A DNA stretch of 64,000 nt from assembly GCA_041650835.1 (NCBI GenBank), contig JBAZKL010000001.1:701617-765616 (forward strand), written 5' to 3'. The stretch comes from Candidatus Omnitrophota bacterium. GTDB taxonomy: Bacteria > Omnitrophota > Gorgyraeia > Gygaellales > Profunditerraquicolaceae. Below, piece after piece: positions 1 to 15,000 of this stretch (the first letter of the stretch is position 1; every line of letters begins with the position of its first letter). Both the position numbers and the translations under genes were made by a program. The notes beneath the pieces are model-generated. The model ran no database searches and was not told the origin of the DNA. It worked only from the letters and a program-made list of their open reading frames with translations.

Positions 1-3000
1 AGAAAAAACAGCACAGAGAAAAGAAAAGTCTTTACCATGGTTAAAACGTTCCCGGGTACGGGAAATCCGGGAAATAACATGGGGATGCTGCAACAAAGCG
101 TCATATACCCGGCGCTCGGACGTTCCCGGACGCAGGGCCCTGTCTCCGGAAGGATCAAGTGCCCGCAGCGTTCTAATGAATAATCGCTCTTTCCGCAATT
201 TATTTTCAGCGTCTTTATCGATACGAAGGCGCAGATGCACGCTCGGCAGCATGGGAAAATCGCTGACAATTTCTTCGGCTGCCTGCGGGGTTAAACTCGG
301 CAGCAGGCTTTTCAGATAAAAACTCCTATAATAATATTTTTCAACCATAGGCCAGCGGGACGGGCTGTCCCATTGTAAAAATGTTTCAAAAGCATCCTTT
401 ATCGCGGGTATCCGGCCAAACTGAAAAAGCGCATGTATTACGCGGCGGCTCTGTTTATCATGGCCTTTTAAAACCTGCCAATTACCGCGCGCCAGCTCTC
501 TCAAGGCCTCCTGATGTTCCATCACTAACTCATCGACGCTATTCAAGCCGTCTTCACAAAGCGCAGGATACAGCATGATCAACCGCTCCAGGGACCCGGG
601 ATCAGACCGATGCGCCATATATACTATCCATGATAAGCCGGCTGCGTCATCTATATTCTGATACAAATGCTGCCGTTGCTCCCTGATACGTTTACGCATG
701 GGGACGGTCCATTTATAGTAGCCCTGGAACACCGGGTCATGCTGTATAAAATTGACCACCGCGTGGCTGCGTTCAATCACCGCGTTATAACAAACCTGCA
801 GTTCGTCAGGCAGCTGAGTGACCGAAAAAGGCGCCTTCGCCCAAAGGCGGGAAAATATTTGTAATTCCGTATTGCGGGCATCCCTAATACGCTCTTTCCC
901 CCAGCCGCGTTTGTTATTAAGGATACAGTATTCGACGCGCGCGCGAAGCCCCGCAAAAACATCAGGCTCAACCGCCCTGATATACCTGAGAAGCCAGCGG
1001 GTGATAAAGAAAGCCGATTTATCGTCCCAAACCGCCCCTACCCCCTGAAAATCCTGCATAGGGCTTAAACGCTGGTGACGCAGGGTTTCTAAATAAGGCC
1101 GGTATACCCGCGGCTTATTTTGAGCCGGAGAGGATGAGCTGCCGATATCGCGATAAATATTCTCTACCTGGCGCCGGAGAAAAGAGCGCATATAGTCATA
1201 CGCGAACCATTCATAGCCGCGGCTATCCGTCGAGGTAAGTGAGCGCACCTTCTGCCGCAGCGCGCCGTCTCCCTGTTCGTCGAAAGCCATAACCCTGATC
1301 CCGTTCACCCCCATTTCTGAAATATGTTGTATCGCGTGAAAACGCAGGCGCTGCAATGCCCGGGAGGCGTCCCCCAGGATCGCCGGGATCGATAAGAACT
1401 CAACTGAAGCGTATCCGCGCAGAGGGCATCCGACAGCATGACGCATCAGTAAAGCGATGAATTCAGGCGCCTGCCAGAACACTTCCTTGAAATATTTCGG
1501 CGAGATATCCTGTTTTCCGATAGTAAGGCAATAATGCACCGGAAGTTTTCGCTCGATCCGGCCTCCCATGATATGCTGAAATTTCCGCGCTATATACAAA
1601 AGTTGAGGTTCATCCTCATCATCATCTACCGCCACGATCAAATTCAAATCGCTCCTGTTTTTCCGGGCCAGCCCCACATACCCCAAACTCCCCATAATAT
1701 ATACCTCATAATCCCGCGTAACCTTTCCAAACGTCTCCTTGCGCAGAAGAAATTCCCGTAAATCCGCCGCCAAGGCATCTTTTTCCCGTCGGGTAAATAC
1801 CGCGGAAAGATCCATTCCCGGGCACTCTTTCAGCAAAGGGATATCCGCGATATCGCTTTTTACCCTCTCAAAGAGGAACTTTTCCATTTGCGCGAAACGC
1901 TCAAGCGGATCTTCAAAGCTGCCCAATCTATCTTCAACCGCGACCCGCGATCCTCCTTTATCGGAAACGCCCTGCCCGCGGTCTTTTTTGTAATACGGCT
2001 CGCCCAAAGAAACGTTCTTTTTTTCTTCCCGCTGCCGGCTGAATTTACCCCTCAGAAAATACTTTCTTACCCCCGATAAAACATAGTCCTCCAGATCGGC
2101 CTCGGAATCAGGCTCATAACCATTGGCGTGAATAATTTCCACTAAAGACAACCTGGCGTCTCCCAGTTCATCTCCCAGGAAGAATTCATCTTCATAGGTC
2201 AACTTCCTCGGCAGAGCGCTTTCGCAGGTGGGAGACCTCACCACCGCAAGGACTTTAGGAAGAAAATACTGAATAAGCTCGTCCCTGGAATGAAGGTCGC
2301 CTCGCGCTGAAGAATTCCAAAGTTCTAAGATAGTATCGGCGTTGCTTTCAGCGTTATTCCCATGAACAGCCTTGGTAAATTGAGCATAAGCGAACCCGCC
2401 TTCCTCCCGTTCTTTTCCGGCGGATTGAGCGTTAATCTTACCCGCGCTCAATGCCAGATCGTACGCCGCCTGGCTGGCATATAAGGCGATCGAACCGCAA
2501 TTCTTAATGAGCGGGGCCGGAAGCAGATGGCCGCACCCATAGACATCGTTTAAGGCGTGGAAAAGCTGCGTGTGCCTGCGAAGGACCGTCTTACGGTTTA
2601 TCTTTTCTTCTTGCGGGAGAGCCGTGTACGCGCTTACCGCTGACTCAAGCGTCGGGAACATCCTGCTGAATTTTTGCGCGCGCGGGACCGCTATCCCGTA
2701 TTCCAAACACGCTCTCACTAAAAATGGCTCGCTTTTAATTAGCTCCGAGAGGATACGCTTCTCCGCGGGAACAGCGCGCAATGAATCATAAGCCCTGCGG
2801 GAATCCGGGAAATAATGCACATAGCCATCATAATCCCCGGAGGCAAGGATATCTTCACAGGACAGATCGAGTGAGCGGGCGGCCGCTCTTCTTGCTTCAT
2901 GTACCGCCGCCATATCAGGACGATGGGCCAATAACGCGTTAACAGAAGCAGTACTGTCTTTAAAGACCGCGTGAAAAAGTTCCTGGCGATTGTCACGCAA

Positions 3001-6000
3001 TAAAGCCAGGTACTGCCCTATCCCTAATCCGTGACGCAAAACGCTCCTTTGCAGCAAAAGACACTGTCCGCCGGACGATAAACAAGCAGCTTGCCCGGCC
3101 ATATCCCGATAAAAACAATAGATTCTCTGCGCTGCTTTCAGCGGATCAAAATACTCAAAGAACTCATAAACACCAAAGGAATCGACCGAATCCAGGAGCG
3201 AAGCTTGCGCCGGGCTCAGATATTGGTTTTTCTTTAAATTAGAAAGCCGGGCAACTCTTTCCGCCGGATCAACAGAAGTATCAAACCAATAATCAACAAC
3301 CTCCCGGGCAACCGGCTCTTCAAAACCTGCCCCCGCGAATGCCTTAATGAGCGCTTCCTTCTTTCTTGCAGGGCCTGACAGGACAAGCTTTTGCCGGGCG
3401 GCAAAATTTTCCCGGTCCCGCTTTATAACATCTACCGCCATGCCTAAACTTATATCGTGGCTATCCGCGACGGAAATAAGCGCCTGACGGCTGAATCCAC
3501 GAGCGATGATCCTGGCAAGGGATGCTTTCTCTATATCAAGCGATTCTAACTGGGATATTTTTTGCTTTATTCTCTCGACATCTTGCTGGCTTAACCTTAA
3601 GCCTTGCACATTAAAATTGCGCGCCGCCTGAACCGTATCGGAAGATAAAATTCCGTTTTCCTGGAGCCGGTCGAGACATAAAATCCAGTACCATTTCATA
3701 TCTTTACCGGAAACGACTTTTGCCAGGGCCTCAATTAACTCAACGCCCAGAGTGACTTTATACCGGGATAATTGCTGCCGGAGGGTTTCGCGCATCCGCT
3801 CACGCAGGAACGCGATCTCCCGTGCCATCATCCGGTTAAAAACCTGCGGATACACCCGCAAAAGCAGTCTTACCCCCGTCAGATCAACCCCCCGCGGATC
3901 GCTCCTTACTTGCCGCACCGTAGGAACATGACAGCCTAATTCTTTAACCCGCCGATTGGCATGGATCAGTTGAAACGGACTCACCAGGGTGCGCGCGGCT
4001 CGATGCGCGATATCTTCATTCAGGCCGCTTTCAATCAACCGGTGGCGCAATATATCCAAAGCGACAGGGTCATAATACGTAAGCCCGCGGCATTCTTGAG
4101 CCGGCGTAACGGCAGTCACTGCTTCTATCGCCGAAGAAGCAGTGCCGCTTTTCATAACTATATGCCGGGAAATAATGCTTTTCTCAGAAACAACTACCCG
4201 GATATTAACGGGCTGTATTAATTTTGTGCCGCCCGGACGAACGAGGGACACGCCTGCGGAGACCTGCGCTATAGGTTTATTATTGAGAAAAACGTATTCC
4301 GGGGAAAATATACTTTTAATTATTTTCAAGAGGCGTATATCGCCGGCGCGGTCCACGCGCAGCTCAAAATAATCTTCGTAAAGCTGCCCTAAATACAAAA
4401 GATACGCCGCGAGGAAAACAAAAACAGTCTCACCGATCCCTCTGCCTCTCATCTCTTGCCCATCATATATCTTTTTGACCGCTATTTCATTTATCAACAA
4501 ATACTTCTCATGCTCTGCGTACGCATTCGCCAGATACCACTTGATATCGCCGATCTTTACAAACGGCTCTTTTAAAAATACCGTTAAACTCGAATCAATA
4601 ACAATTGCCGGGCCGCCTTTCACATTAGCCAGAGCAGTACTTCCTTTTTCTAAAAATGACTCTATTTCTTTAGTCCCGAGCGCTGAAGCGGCGGCTTTTT
4701 GTTTTAAGAATATCTGAGCCCGCTTATAGGGGCCGGCTTCGCCTGGTAAATAAACGATACCGTCATGGCTTATATCATTGCGCTCCCGTTTAAATCCGAC
4801 ACCGATAACCTGTTTTCGAAATTCCCGCTGGTATAATCTGTAATAGAATTCTCCGGCAGGACTATTCTCATCAACATGAAGCGTTATCTGATTAATGCCG
4901 CTCCCTTGCAGGGTGCCGATAAATTCCCGCAACAGGCCGGTTTCCAGGCTCCCCCGGGGATATAACGGCATAGCTGCCATATAATAAAGGTAACCGGGAT
5001 AATCCGCGAATGGCCCTGAAACAAGATACCCGGCAATTTCGTTTTCCAGGATACTCAGATAGATAGTATTGGCAGGATCGGTCGCCACCCGCCAAATAAG
5101 ACCGTTATCTTTCGGGAAAACCGTATAATAAGACGGATTCCTTACTTCCCGGTCAATGCGGGCTATCCCCGCAAGGCTTGCCTCATCAATAGTACCGCCA
5201 TTGATCGCCCTATAAAGAGGCGAACTGCTGGTGCGGGTCGCAACAAAGCAACCTACCGCTTGGTGAGACGAACCTCGAGCCTGCGCCCGGCCGCTGCGCA
5301 TCAATCCGGAATGAGCCACGCATTCGGCATTAAAACGCTCCATCGCGGAATTCAACCAATGTAAACTGCCGCTATCCCTATCGGTAAACTCCTCCGCCAT
5401 GTATTCAAGGCCGCGATTAATATGGCGGTAATAGATATTCTTAACTTCAGACGGGCCGATACCCCTCTCTGAGGCGATCTTTTTTAATTGAAAGGCGTGC
5501 GCCCATTCATGCTTTATTATCCTCACCAGGAGAAACCGTTCCATTACCGCCACAAACAACCACGCGGCTCCGTAGATGATCGCGGCACAATTTGCGGCAT
5601 GGGCCAAGAGAGGCGCATTTACGAAGAAGTAAGAGGCGCAGATACCGCAGGCAAAGAAGAACGCCGCAGCCGGAAGCGTCAACGACCACCCGCCATAACT
5701 AATTGTTATTGAGTTCAGGCGGCCTTCTAAAAAATCAGGGACACAACTGGGGATCCTCACCTGGAGCAATAAAACAAACACACTCAAGATCCGCAGAGAA
5801 AAAGGCATAGACTCCCAACCATCCATAATAAACCGTTTAAACACTTTAAACTGGGACAACGGGGTATATTTTGATTCAAAAACTTCGATATCATTTGGGC
5901 GTATCCCGCGCACATATTTTTTTAGATCGAGGATCATTTGAGCTTCTTGTTTTTTAAGCGGCGAAGAAGCACGAATTTCGCGTTTATTTATCCGTTCGGT

Positions 6001-9000
6001 TAATTTTGACAGTTCCCTTCCGACACTCCCTCCCCGGGGGCGGCTAAAATCGTAAGGCTCACCGAGAGCTGATAAAACAATATTCCAGAGCATCTCATCG
6101 CGTAATCCTCTTACTCCGCCGGATATTTTATAAATAAAGAGCTGTCCTATATCAACAACAGCCCATAATGAAAAACCCCACTGGACAATCCCGCTTAACC
6201 GCAGCCAAAGGGGAAGCGCGGCTCCGGCGATATTTAAGCCGATAAGCAATAATAAAGCGGCACCGAAGAATATGTTAAGAATACGCAGATGAATGAATAT
6301 CCTGACAAAGTTTTCTTTTGCCTGCCAGGACAAATCCCTATAACGGAATATCCTGATAAGCCAGAATAAAGAGGCAGTTGCGCCATAACTGATAATGGCT
6401 ACTGCCGCAGGGAGCAGGGCTGTTTGCCCGGTGAGAGAATACGGCAGCAAAGCTAACCCCGCCAATGCCCAAACAAAAGGGGTCAGAAGCGCGAATACAG
6501 CCCTATTAGATAATATATTCGGCATGCTCCTTTTGAGCATGCTCTTGGAGCCGCCCCTGTTTAACCGAGTTAAAGATACGCCGTATCGGCTCAAAGCCAG
6601 CGGCGAAGAAGATAAAACGCGCCTGCCGATAACCCCCTGCCAGCACTGAAGCTCTTTACCGGGCGCTACGCATTCCGCGCCGAAATATTCTTTTGCCCAA
6701 CGTTCCATCACGGCGTTTCCTTTGGCTATGGAAAACCTGATTTTGTTATTCAGGCGACTGCTTTCAAGGAAAACTACTATTTTCTTGAACGTCTTTGACA
6801 TTAAATATTTTCCTCTCAATCGCGCGGTCACCTCCGGCGTGCGGCCTAAAGAAAGATAGTCAAAATTAACATACCGTTCGAAAACCGCCGCTGAAAAGAC
6901 AAATTCAAAATCATAATTACTTATGCTTCCTTTATTAATTTTATCTAATCGTGATCTTATATAGCGCGCCTTGTCAATTATCACCGCGTATTCAATATTA
7001 TGAGGAAACTCCAGTTTGAGTTCAATAAGGACCAAGGTATCGCCGCAGCCATTCAAATATTCTTCGAGCTTGCCAGCTGACTCGGAAGGTTTTGCGCTTA
7101 ATTTAAATATCCTTAGTTTTTTACCGCCATTAAAACTTTTAAAGGCGGATAACAGGTCGTCTGCCACGAATTCGCTCGATGGCCTTTTTAATAAAGAGGC
7201 AAGTGTAGTAAAGGCTTTTTTGACTGAGCGCGCGGTAAATGCATAGTGCCGGCACGGCATTTCTGTCAGCGGCGAGGCGGCAGTAAAAACACAAGTCATC
7301 TTTGACTCATACGGCTTAAAGCCGTTTTTCTTTTCTAACGGAGAGGACGCTTTTTGCTTCCAGGAGCGATAATCCGCTTTTAATTGCGCGAGGGTTTCCT
7401 CGAAGATATTGATCAGGGCGAGGGTTTCCCCTTTATCCGCCTTCGGCAATGAATTGTATTTTTGTTTAACGCTGACGAGCATTTCTTCAAAGATAGCTAT
7501 CGCGGAGCCATACGCGAACTCTTCGGCAGCACAAACATGCTCTCGGGACTCAAAAGCCCCGGCGATATCATGATCGTATTTCCCCGGATCAGCTTCAAAA
7601 TCATAGACGTGCCCGAAAAGCTCATGCGCCAGCACAGCCGGGAACATATTCTGTTTTTCCTCAAACAAGTCGGTTTGAAAAACAATAAGGTACGTATACG
7701 GTTTGCCGGCCCCAGGGCGCAGCGCGATCGTGATCGAAGGGACGGCTCCCTCGAAATAATACCCGAGAGAAGAAGCCAGCCGCGCCACATTATCAGCCTT
7801 GAAGAAAAGAAGCCTCTCTCCTGAAGCGTACAGAGGCTTCAAAAGCTCTTTACGCTTCTGCGCGGTTTCGCTGAGAGTAAGAAAGCCTAACGTATAGCTT
7901 AAGTACTCATCTTCCATATCGGAAAGGGCCTTAAGCTCTCTCTGGAGCATGCTGCCTCTATCCGGGCTTTTGATAAGATCCTGCGCGAAGAGCTTTCTTA
8001 TATCGCTTAAGAACAGGCTTCCCGCTAAAATCGTTATAAACTGCCTGCGGGTAAACATCGCGGAAGATGCATAGCGGCCGATGGCCCATAGCCTATAATA
8101 GTCCATAGCCTGATCTCTTGAAACCGCTAATAATCCCTTATATTTTCCAACAGGGCTGCTGGACTTTGACCCTCGGGCTTCAAGGCACTCGAAATAGAGC
8201 TGATCGAGGATCAAAGCTTTTCTCTCTCCAAAACGCCCGAGAAAATCCTCATAATCAAAGAATACATATAATTTTACCAGGAATTGATGATCGTCCTTGC
8301 CGATATTCAATAAATAAGAAAGCAGGTAATAAACCTGCTCGAATTCTCCTGTTTTAATAATGCCGCGCAGCAAATCTATTTCCCCCTTATCGGAAACAGG
8401 CTCTATTGCCGTATGCAAAGCGCTCACTATGGAAATCTCTCCTATTCCCAGGTCGATCAAAGTTTCCCGGCTGACCCTATTTCCCAAATAATATCCATAC
8501 GGATACTTGAAATATTCATATAAGGACCCGCTCGGACGGACCGTATCTTTATTCTGGAATTCCACCTGATATATTTCCTGGTGGGGGATCCCCCTATACG
8601 TTATCTTTCCTAAATGCAAACCTATTCTGGTGGCATTCAAGCTAAAGGCATCCTTTAAACTAAGCTTAACGACATAGCTGAGCCTGTAGCGATTCCGTAG
8701 CCCCCCCAGCCGGGACCGCAGCCACTGCTTATATATCGGATCATGCGCCATAGGTAAAGCTATCACGATCTTCTCCTCAAGATTACCTGCCGCGTCAAAC
8801 TGTTCAATGTCCTGGCTGAGCACGATAGCTTTAAACAAATGCCTTATATCTTTACCTATATACCGCACTATCTTCTGCTGTTTAACCTCCCAATATCTTC
8901 CATGCCCATTTGTCAGCTGGTAGCCGAACCGGTAGATCCCCTTATGCTGTTTTAAGAACATAAGCGGCAATATTCCAAACTTCTCTTCTTCTACACCCAA

Positions 9001-12000
9001 AATATTTACCTCTTGAAAAGTAATCGGTGAAGCTGAAGCTAACAGTTTTCTGCTTTCAAGCAGCTTCTCCAGCTCAAGCGAACGCTTTTCATACATCCCC
9101 GTATCTTGATATACTCCCGTCTCAATAATAAAAGCGTTCACGGCAGCGGGAACAAGCCTCCCGACAGATGATCCGTCGCGGACCATCCGACGGATCTTAG
9201 ATGAAGACAGATCAGCGTCTTGTGGATCGGGAATAAATTGCAGAGTAAGGATCTTATCTTTTTCTCTAACTAATCCTTGATATTCAAGCGTATCTTCGAT
9301 CCGGGCCCCCTGCCTGTCCATGACCACAAAATCGTTTTCTTCCAATAATCGCCCGAAATCGCCCGCGAGCGTTGATTGCATTGAATCCTTGCCGACAATA
9401 AAGTAAATTTTGATTTCCCGGGAATACTGCTGCCGGTAATACGCTTTTAAAGCTACAGACATTTCCTGATACCAGCCGGTGTTGACTAAAAACAATTTAT
9501 CGATCCCCGGCTTACCTTCTGCCTTATATTCATCAAAAACTGCCTTTACCGTGAGGATCCTATCCTCAAGCGACATGCCGGAGACCTCTTTTTCAAAGTG
9601 CCTGGTCCCGATTAAGAGTATTGTTTCATCCAAGCTTCCTCCTCCCGGCAAGCGTATATCTTTGGCTACTTCACTCAAGAACTCGTGAGCGTTATGCAGG
9701 CAGTTGGCGGTCGGGACAATAACGCCTATTTTAACCGGAAGGGCTTTTTGCGTTGTTTCCCGGTATTGCGTTACCAGGACAGCCGCAGGCGTCTGCCGTG
9801 AATTTACCTCAATGATCTTCTTCCGAGTGAGCTCATATTCTTCCAGGCAGTTCCGGGGAGACCATCTTCCCACCGACTCTATATCTGCGAAGAACTCCTG
9901 CCAATCCTGATCATCCAACACTTTGGCAGCCATTATCAAATTCTCAAAAAAGCGCCTTTCTCTTTCATCCTGTTCAAGGCGTTCAATGGTATTCCACCGC
10001 ACCAGCCAGGTAAATTGCTGAATGAACTTTAACCGCAGCATCTGCGGGATAGCCCGGATCTCCTGCCTGTTTAAAGGATACCCTAACTTCTCCGCTGCTT
10101 TCTGATACAAGATCACCCAATTCTTTAGTTCATCCATATTAAATTCAGCGCCTGCCTTTTGCAGGTCGTAGAAAAGGCTGCGGATCAAATCGTAAACCCT
10201 TGCTTCCGGCCTGGCAATTTCCCAGTCAAGCACCTTACTGATACGCGCACCCAGCATGGTCACGTTTTCCGCGCGGAAATCACCATGGATCACTGCGCGC
10301 GGCAGGCGGGCATATACCCCGGCCAAATGGCGTATCGCAAGGGCTATCTGCTCTTTGAAGAAAGGCTGATGCTCTATAAAAAGCCGCTCCCCGAAGCTCC
10401 TCCCGGCAGGATCTTTCGCGGTAAGGCGCTCGTACGCTTCGTCTAATTTCAACAGACGGTCATCGATTCCCGCGAATTTGATCACGGGATCGGTGATCCT
10501 TTCCCCGCGTAAATGCACCACGCGCGCATCCATGGTAGAGGCATGCAGCCAGGCAAGAAATCCTGCCAGGTCTTTAAGCATTTCAGCGGTCAATTCTTCA
10601 TACGCGTAAATCCTTCCCAAAGAGTCAAACCGATAGACGGTAAAAATGGCGTCGGCTTCAACATAGGCGGCATTGCCTTCTTCCGTATATATAATCTCAG
10701 GGAATCGGGCGTCTCTTAAATTATTAAAAAGTTCCGGCTCCCACAAAGTGCCTTTTAAGTCCCAAACTGATTTTTTAATAACCACCCTGCCTTTATTACG
10801 CGTATCCAGGATCGCGACTTTATTATTCAATCCCTGGAAATCAAGCGAATCGCTTTCGATTTCCAGCCCATAGGCCGCGGCGATCCGCCTGAGCTCATGC
10901 GCGGTGATCTGTACGGATTTATCGCGATGCACAAAAGATTCACGCTGCTCCCAGAGGCTATCGAGAGCGAAAGAGAGCTGCTCTATCACGTGGGTAGGAA
11001 GAAGCCCTCTTTTTCTTTTTTGTTCTCTTACTACCATATCCGCCGCCAACCCATGGACATACACCCCCAATACCGCCGCTTCACGGGGAGTGAGGCCTTG
11101 AGCGATAAGTCCGGCAATAACGCCGGTAAGGACGTCCCCCATCCCGGCTTTTGCCATATATTTATTTCCGGTAGAATTACTATAGACGCTTCCATTCGGA
11201 CAGGCGATAAGAGTACGTTCGTTCTCATCCCCCTTGAGCACGACCACCGTTCCATACGCGGAAGCAAATTCCCTGGAGATATCCGCGCGGCGGGATTGTA
11301 TTTCTTCAAGAGGGATACCGCTTACGCGTGCCATTTCAACAATATGCGGAGTAATGACCGTCCTGCCCCAGGCATTACGCAGGATTGAAGCCTTACCCGC
11401 CAAAGCATTAAGTGCGCCGGCATCCAGGACTAAAGGAATCCGTGTATTTCTTAATAACCGATACATGACCTCATGCGCCTGATCTTGTTTTACGATAAGC
11501 CCGGGGCCTATTGCTAAAGCGCCTATTTTATTCTGAGAGATCTCCCGCAAGAGCCCTTCTGCCGACAGCAGGTCAAACGAATGATCTTTTTGGTGCGGCA
11601 ACGCGCAGGCCATAACCTCATCCGCCGACTTAGCGTAAAACATGCTGTAGAGATATTTCAAGACACCTGCATATACCATACCAGTGCCGCTCTGCAACGC
11701 TGCTTTTGACGCCAACTGCAGCGCGCCCAAATATTTCCCTATCGAACCTCCGGCAATCAATACTCTCCCTCGGCTGCCTTTATGGTCATTGGATCTTACT
11801 TCCGGCACCAAAAATGCCGCGTCCTGTTCATCAATGGCCTGGATTTTGCGGTTTTTATCTAAGCTTGCCTCAATAAACAATACTATTCTCGGAAAATCGA
11901 CATTTTCCGAAACAATCTCAATATCTTCTGACCATAACTTTAACTGCCTCTCCGGAGTAAAATTATCCACACTCACCGTAAATCCAAGCCCAGAAAGCAC

Positions 12001-15000
12001 AGACACATATTCTTCGACTGAAAAATACTGCCAACTCTCTTCTTTTTCTATATCCCACCGCTGGTCTCCAACATATTGATATTCGCAGACAAAATGCATA
12101 AAATCTTTCTTGGATATCCTGACCATATACTCATCGCCTTCGACCAGATCAAACGGCACGTCTTTAGGCAGGAATTCACGGGCAAAAACATAAAAAGCAT
12201 CTTTAATATTTTTACTTTTAAATTTCATCACAACCTGATCATTTTGTTCGTCTTGCGCAGTATCCGCGCCGTCATAAATATACAAATGCCCTGCTGGCTT
12301 AAGCATCTGAGTAATATTGCCTAATGCAGTGCGCACAAACTTGAGGCCAAGCTCATGATTAATCCTTTCCTCGACACGGCGGGTAGGCCTGCCATAATAT
12401 GAATAGACTTCATGGAGAGTATTGGTAACCATGACCACATCAAAACGCCGCTTTAAATCGCTCGTATCCTGTTCAATGATATCGCGCACGATAAAATGCA
12501 TATCTGCGGCGACGAGTTGCGCTTCATCAACAATGTCAGGGTTGATATCAATACCTAAATATTCAATATACGGGTTATCCGGGAATGCCTCTTTCAGGAC
12601 AGCCAGATCGATCGCCTGTCCGCAGCCGATAGACAATATAGAAACCTTGCCCCCCTGTTTTAAACGCTCCCTGATAAACTCCTTCACCCGCTCCATGACC
12701 TTGCCTTTACCGTCGATCCTCTTACAGGAGGCCATCATGGTTAAAAGATATTCCTTAAATGTCTGCCCGCTTAAGGCGACCCTGCCCTGCGCGTATTCGG
12801 CAAAACCTTGATAAAGGCCATGCTCCCGGATATACCGGCAGATCTCATCCGGCACAAGGCCCTGGATAGGAGCTTTTTCCTTAACGAATACCCTCACTTC
12901 CGCGGAGCTGTGTTTTTGATACTCTTCGTCAATGAGTAACGGCTGTAAGTTACCGGCATACGTATGGCAAAACAAAGATCGCTCTTTAAAATCCGCGAAG
13001 CGCAAATCCTTCTCATCCGCGATGAGAAAATGACGCCCCTCAAAAAGCGCGGGTAAAACTTCCTGATCGCCGCCATAATCCCAGGAAAGGATACGCTCGA
13101 AAGAACGCATGCCCAGGATCACATACAGATCATCATGATGGAGCTGTTTTTTAAGCGCTTCAAGGATATCAACATATAAGCTTTTATAGATCACCTGACA
13201 GGAATACCGGGGGTTCCTTTGGACGAACAACTGAAGCATTTCTTTTCTCTGTCCGAGGGTTGTCCCGTAGGCTTTTGTGTGCAGGGGGTTGGCAGTAAGC
13301 ATAAGGATCATCTTATCCAGGCCGTATTGCATGCGCGCTTCTTCCATCATTACCTTCATCGCGGTGGTAAGGGGATTGAAAGCGCTGATAAAAATACCCG
13401 TTTTAGAGCGGCCGTGCATTGCTTTGATCATGGGGCTGGAGGAAGACGCCTGCGGAGGGGCGCGGGAACGCATAAGCGTTGCCAACGCGGATGAAGACGC
13501 GGGGCGGACGGGTAAATCATGCAAAGTAAGGATACTCACTCCCGGACAGCGCAGCGGCCTGAGGATCAAAGCATCACCCATAAACCCGAAACGGCCTGCT
13601 TCCAAACCCGAAGGCATTGCATTATTTACTTTCCGTAAGTGATCCTGCGCGTTATGAGTTAAATATATATTTCCCGGCTTTTTAAGAAACTCATCATTCC
13701 GGCCCATCATCGCCGGCCGCTCCAATATCTTAGAATTCAGAAGGACCGCGATCTTACTCTTACGAGAGAGATACGACTCATAAACGCAGCTTGGCAAAGG
13801 AGATTTTTCTTTCTGAGCGCCCTGAGAAGGATACTCCCGGCAAACAACCGGCCGTTTTCCATATATTGAACACCTGCCGAGCCAGGACAACCCTTCAGGA
13901 AGATCAAAATCTACCAGGACCTTTAAGAACCAGCAAGGCTTCAGGATAAAGAGCTTCTGCTTATCAGGATCGTAAAATAGCAGCTCCAGGGCATTATCAT
14001 AGAGAGGGCCCCACTGCTTACGCATACCAAATCCCGCGACGCCGATATCATACCAGGCGCTGCTCCCGGGAGAAAGAAAACAACAAAAACCATCCTGGCA
14101 GATATTTTGCTTAATATTAAACGGCTGCGACGCAAGCTCCAGGCTGAAATAATCTCTCTTACTCATACCAAAGACCGAATACTTGTCCTCACCACAGGTG
14201 GATACACAAGCCAAGGGGTTTGACGCGGTATTTTTATTACGCTCATTATAAATACCTTCTAAAACTACAAAAATGATACGGATATCTTCATCCGCTAAAG
14301 AAAACTCATCCTTTATCTCGTCTTGTTTTTGCTTAATAAAATTTGTTAAAACCGACAGGTCATGCGGGGTTTTTTCTATAATAACCTTACCTCCCCGGGT
14401 CAGGTATAATTCAGGGTCCCGGCGTTCCCAAGACATATAAGCAAGATGGGTCAAAGCGTCAGCTCGAGGATCATCCCATTTATAATGAGGATCTTTTATT
14501 TTTGTCGCCCTGTCTTCTGCGGAAAATCCGTGTTTAAAGAACTTGTATTTACGCGGTTCTTCCCGGCAGGTCTGTACCCACATTTGATAGATCCGCTCCA
14601 AATCAAGGTCGGCGCAAAGCAAATCAGCGTCATAGAGTACTTGCGCCTCGATCTTTGCTTGCGCTGTTTTAACCTGTAAAGCGTCCGCAGTCTTAACTTT
14701 TTTGTGCCCCACGATAGCGCTTACAATATCCTCAATCACTGTTTCATCAAAATATCCTGATTCTTCCAATAACAGCCTCGCCCAAAGAGCTGAATAACGA
14801 TGATGGTTCTTCTTATAAAAGAGATATGAGAGATCATGTAACAAAACAGCGAAAACAAGAACAGAGAAATTAAAACCTCCCGGAGCATTATGTTCATGAT
14901 CCCCCGCTTTAACTATTTCAATACTCTGCCGTAAGACCTGCAACACATGAATAAAACCATGTTTAGCCTCTACAGTCAGATCGGCGCAAAAACGCGAAAA

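Noticed and set aside
5507-5689. Track ORF 5507..5689 (-), 60 aa, overlapping the HEWAH region
   Set aside because: It lies in frame 2, off-frame to the giant ORF, and has a low-complexity Arg/Leu/Cys-rich product. The same nucleotides in frame 3k+1 encode the conserved hydrophobic helix with HEWAH.
7560-7650. HELFGH (FPAVLAHELFGHVYDF) as a zincin HExxH active site
   Set aside because: The spacing is HExxxH, not HExxH, and there is no recognisable third ligand pattern. I left it unassigned.
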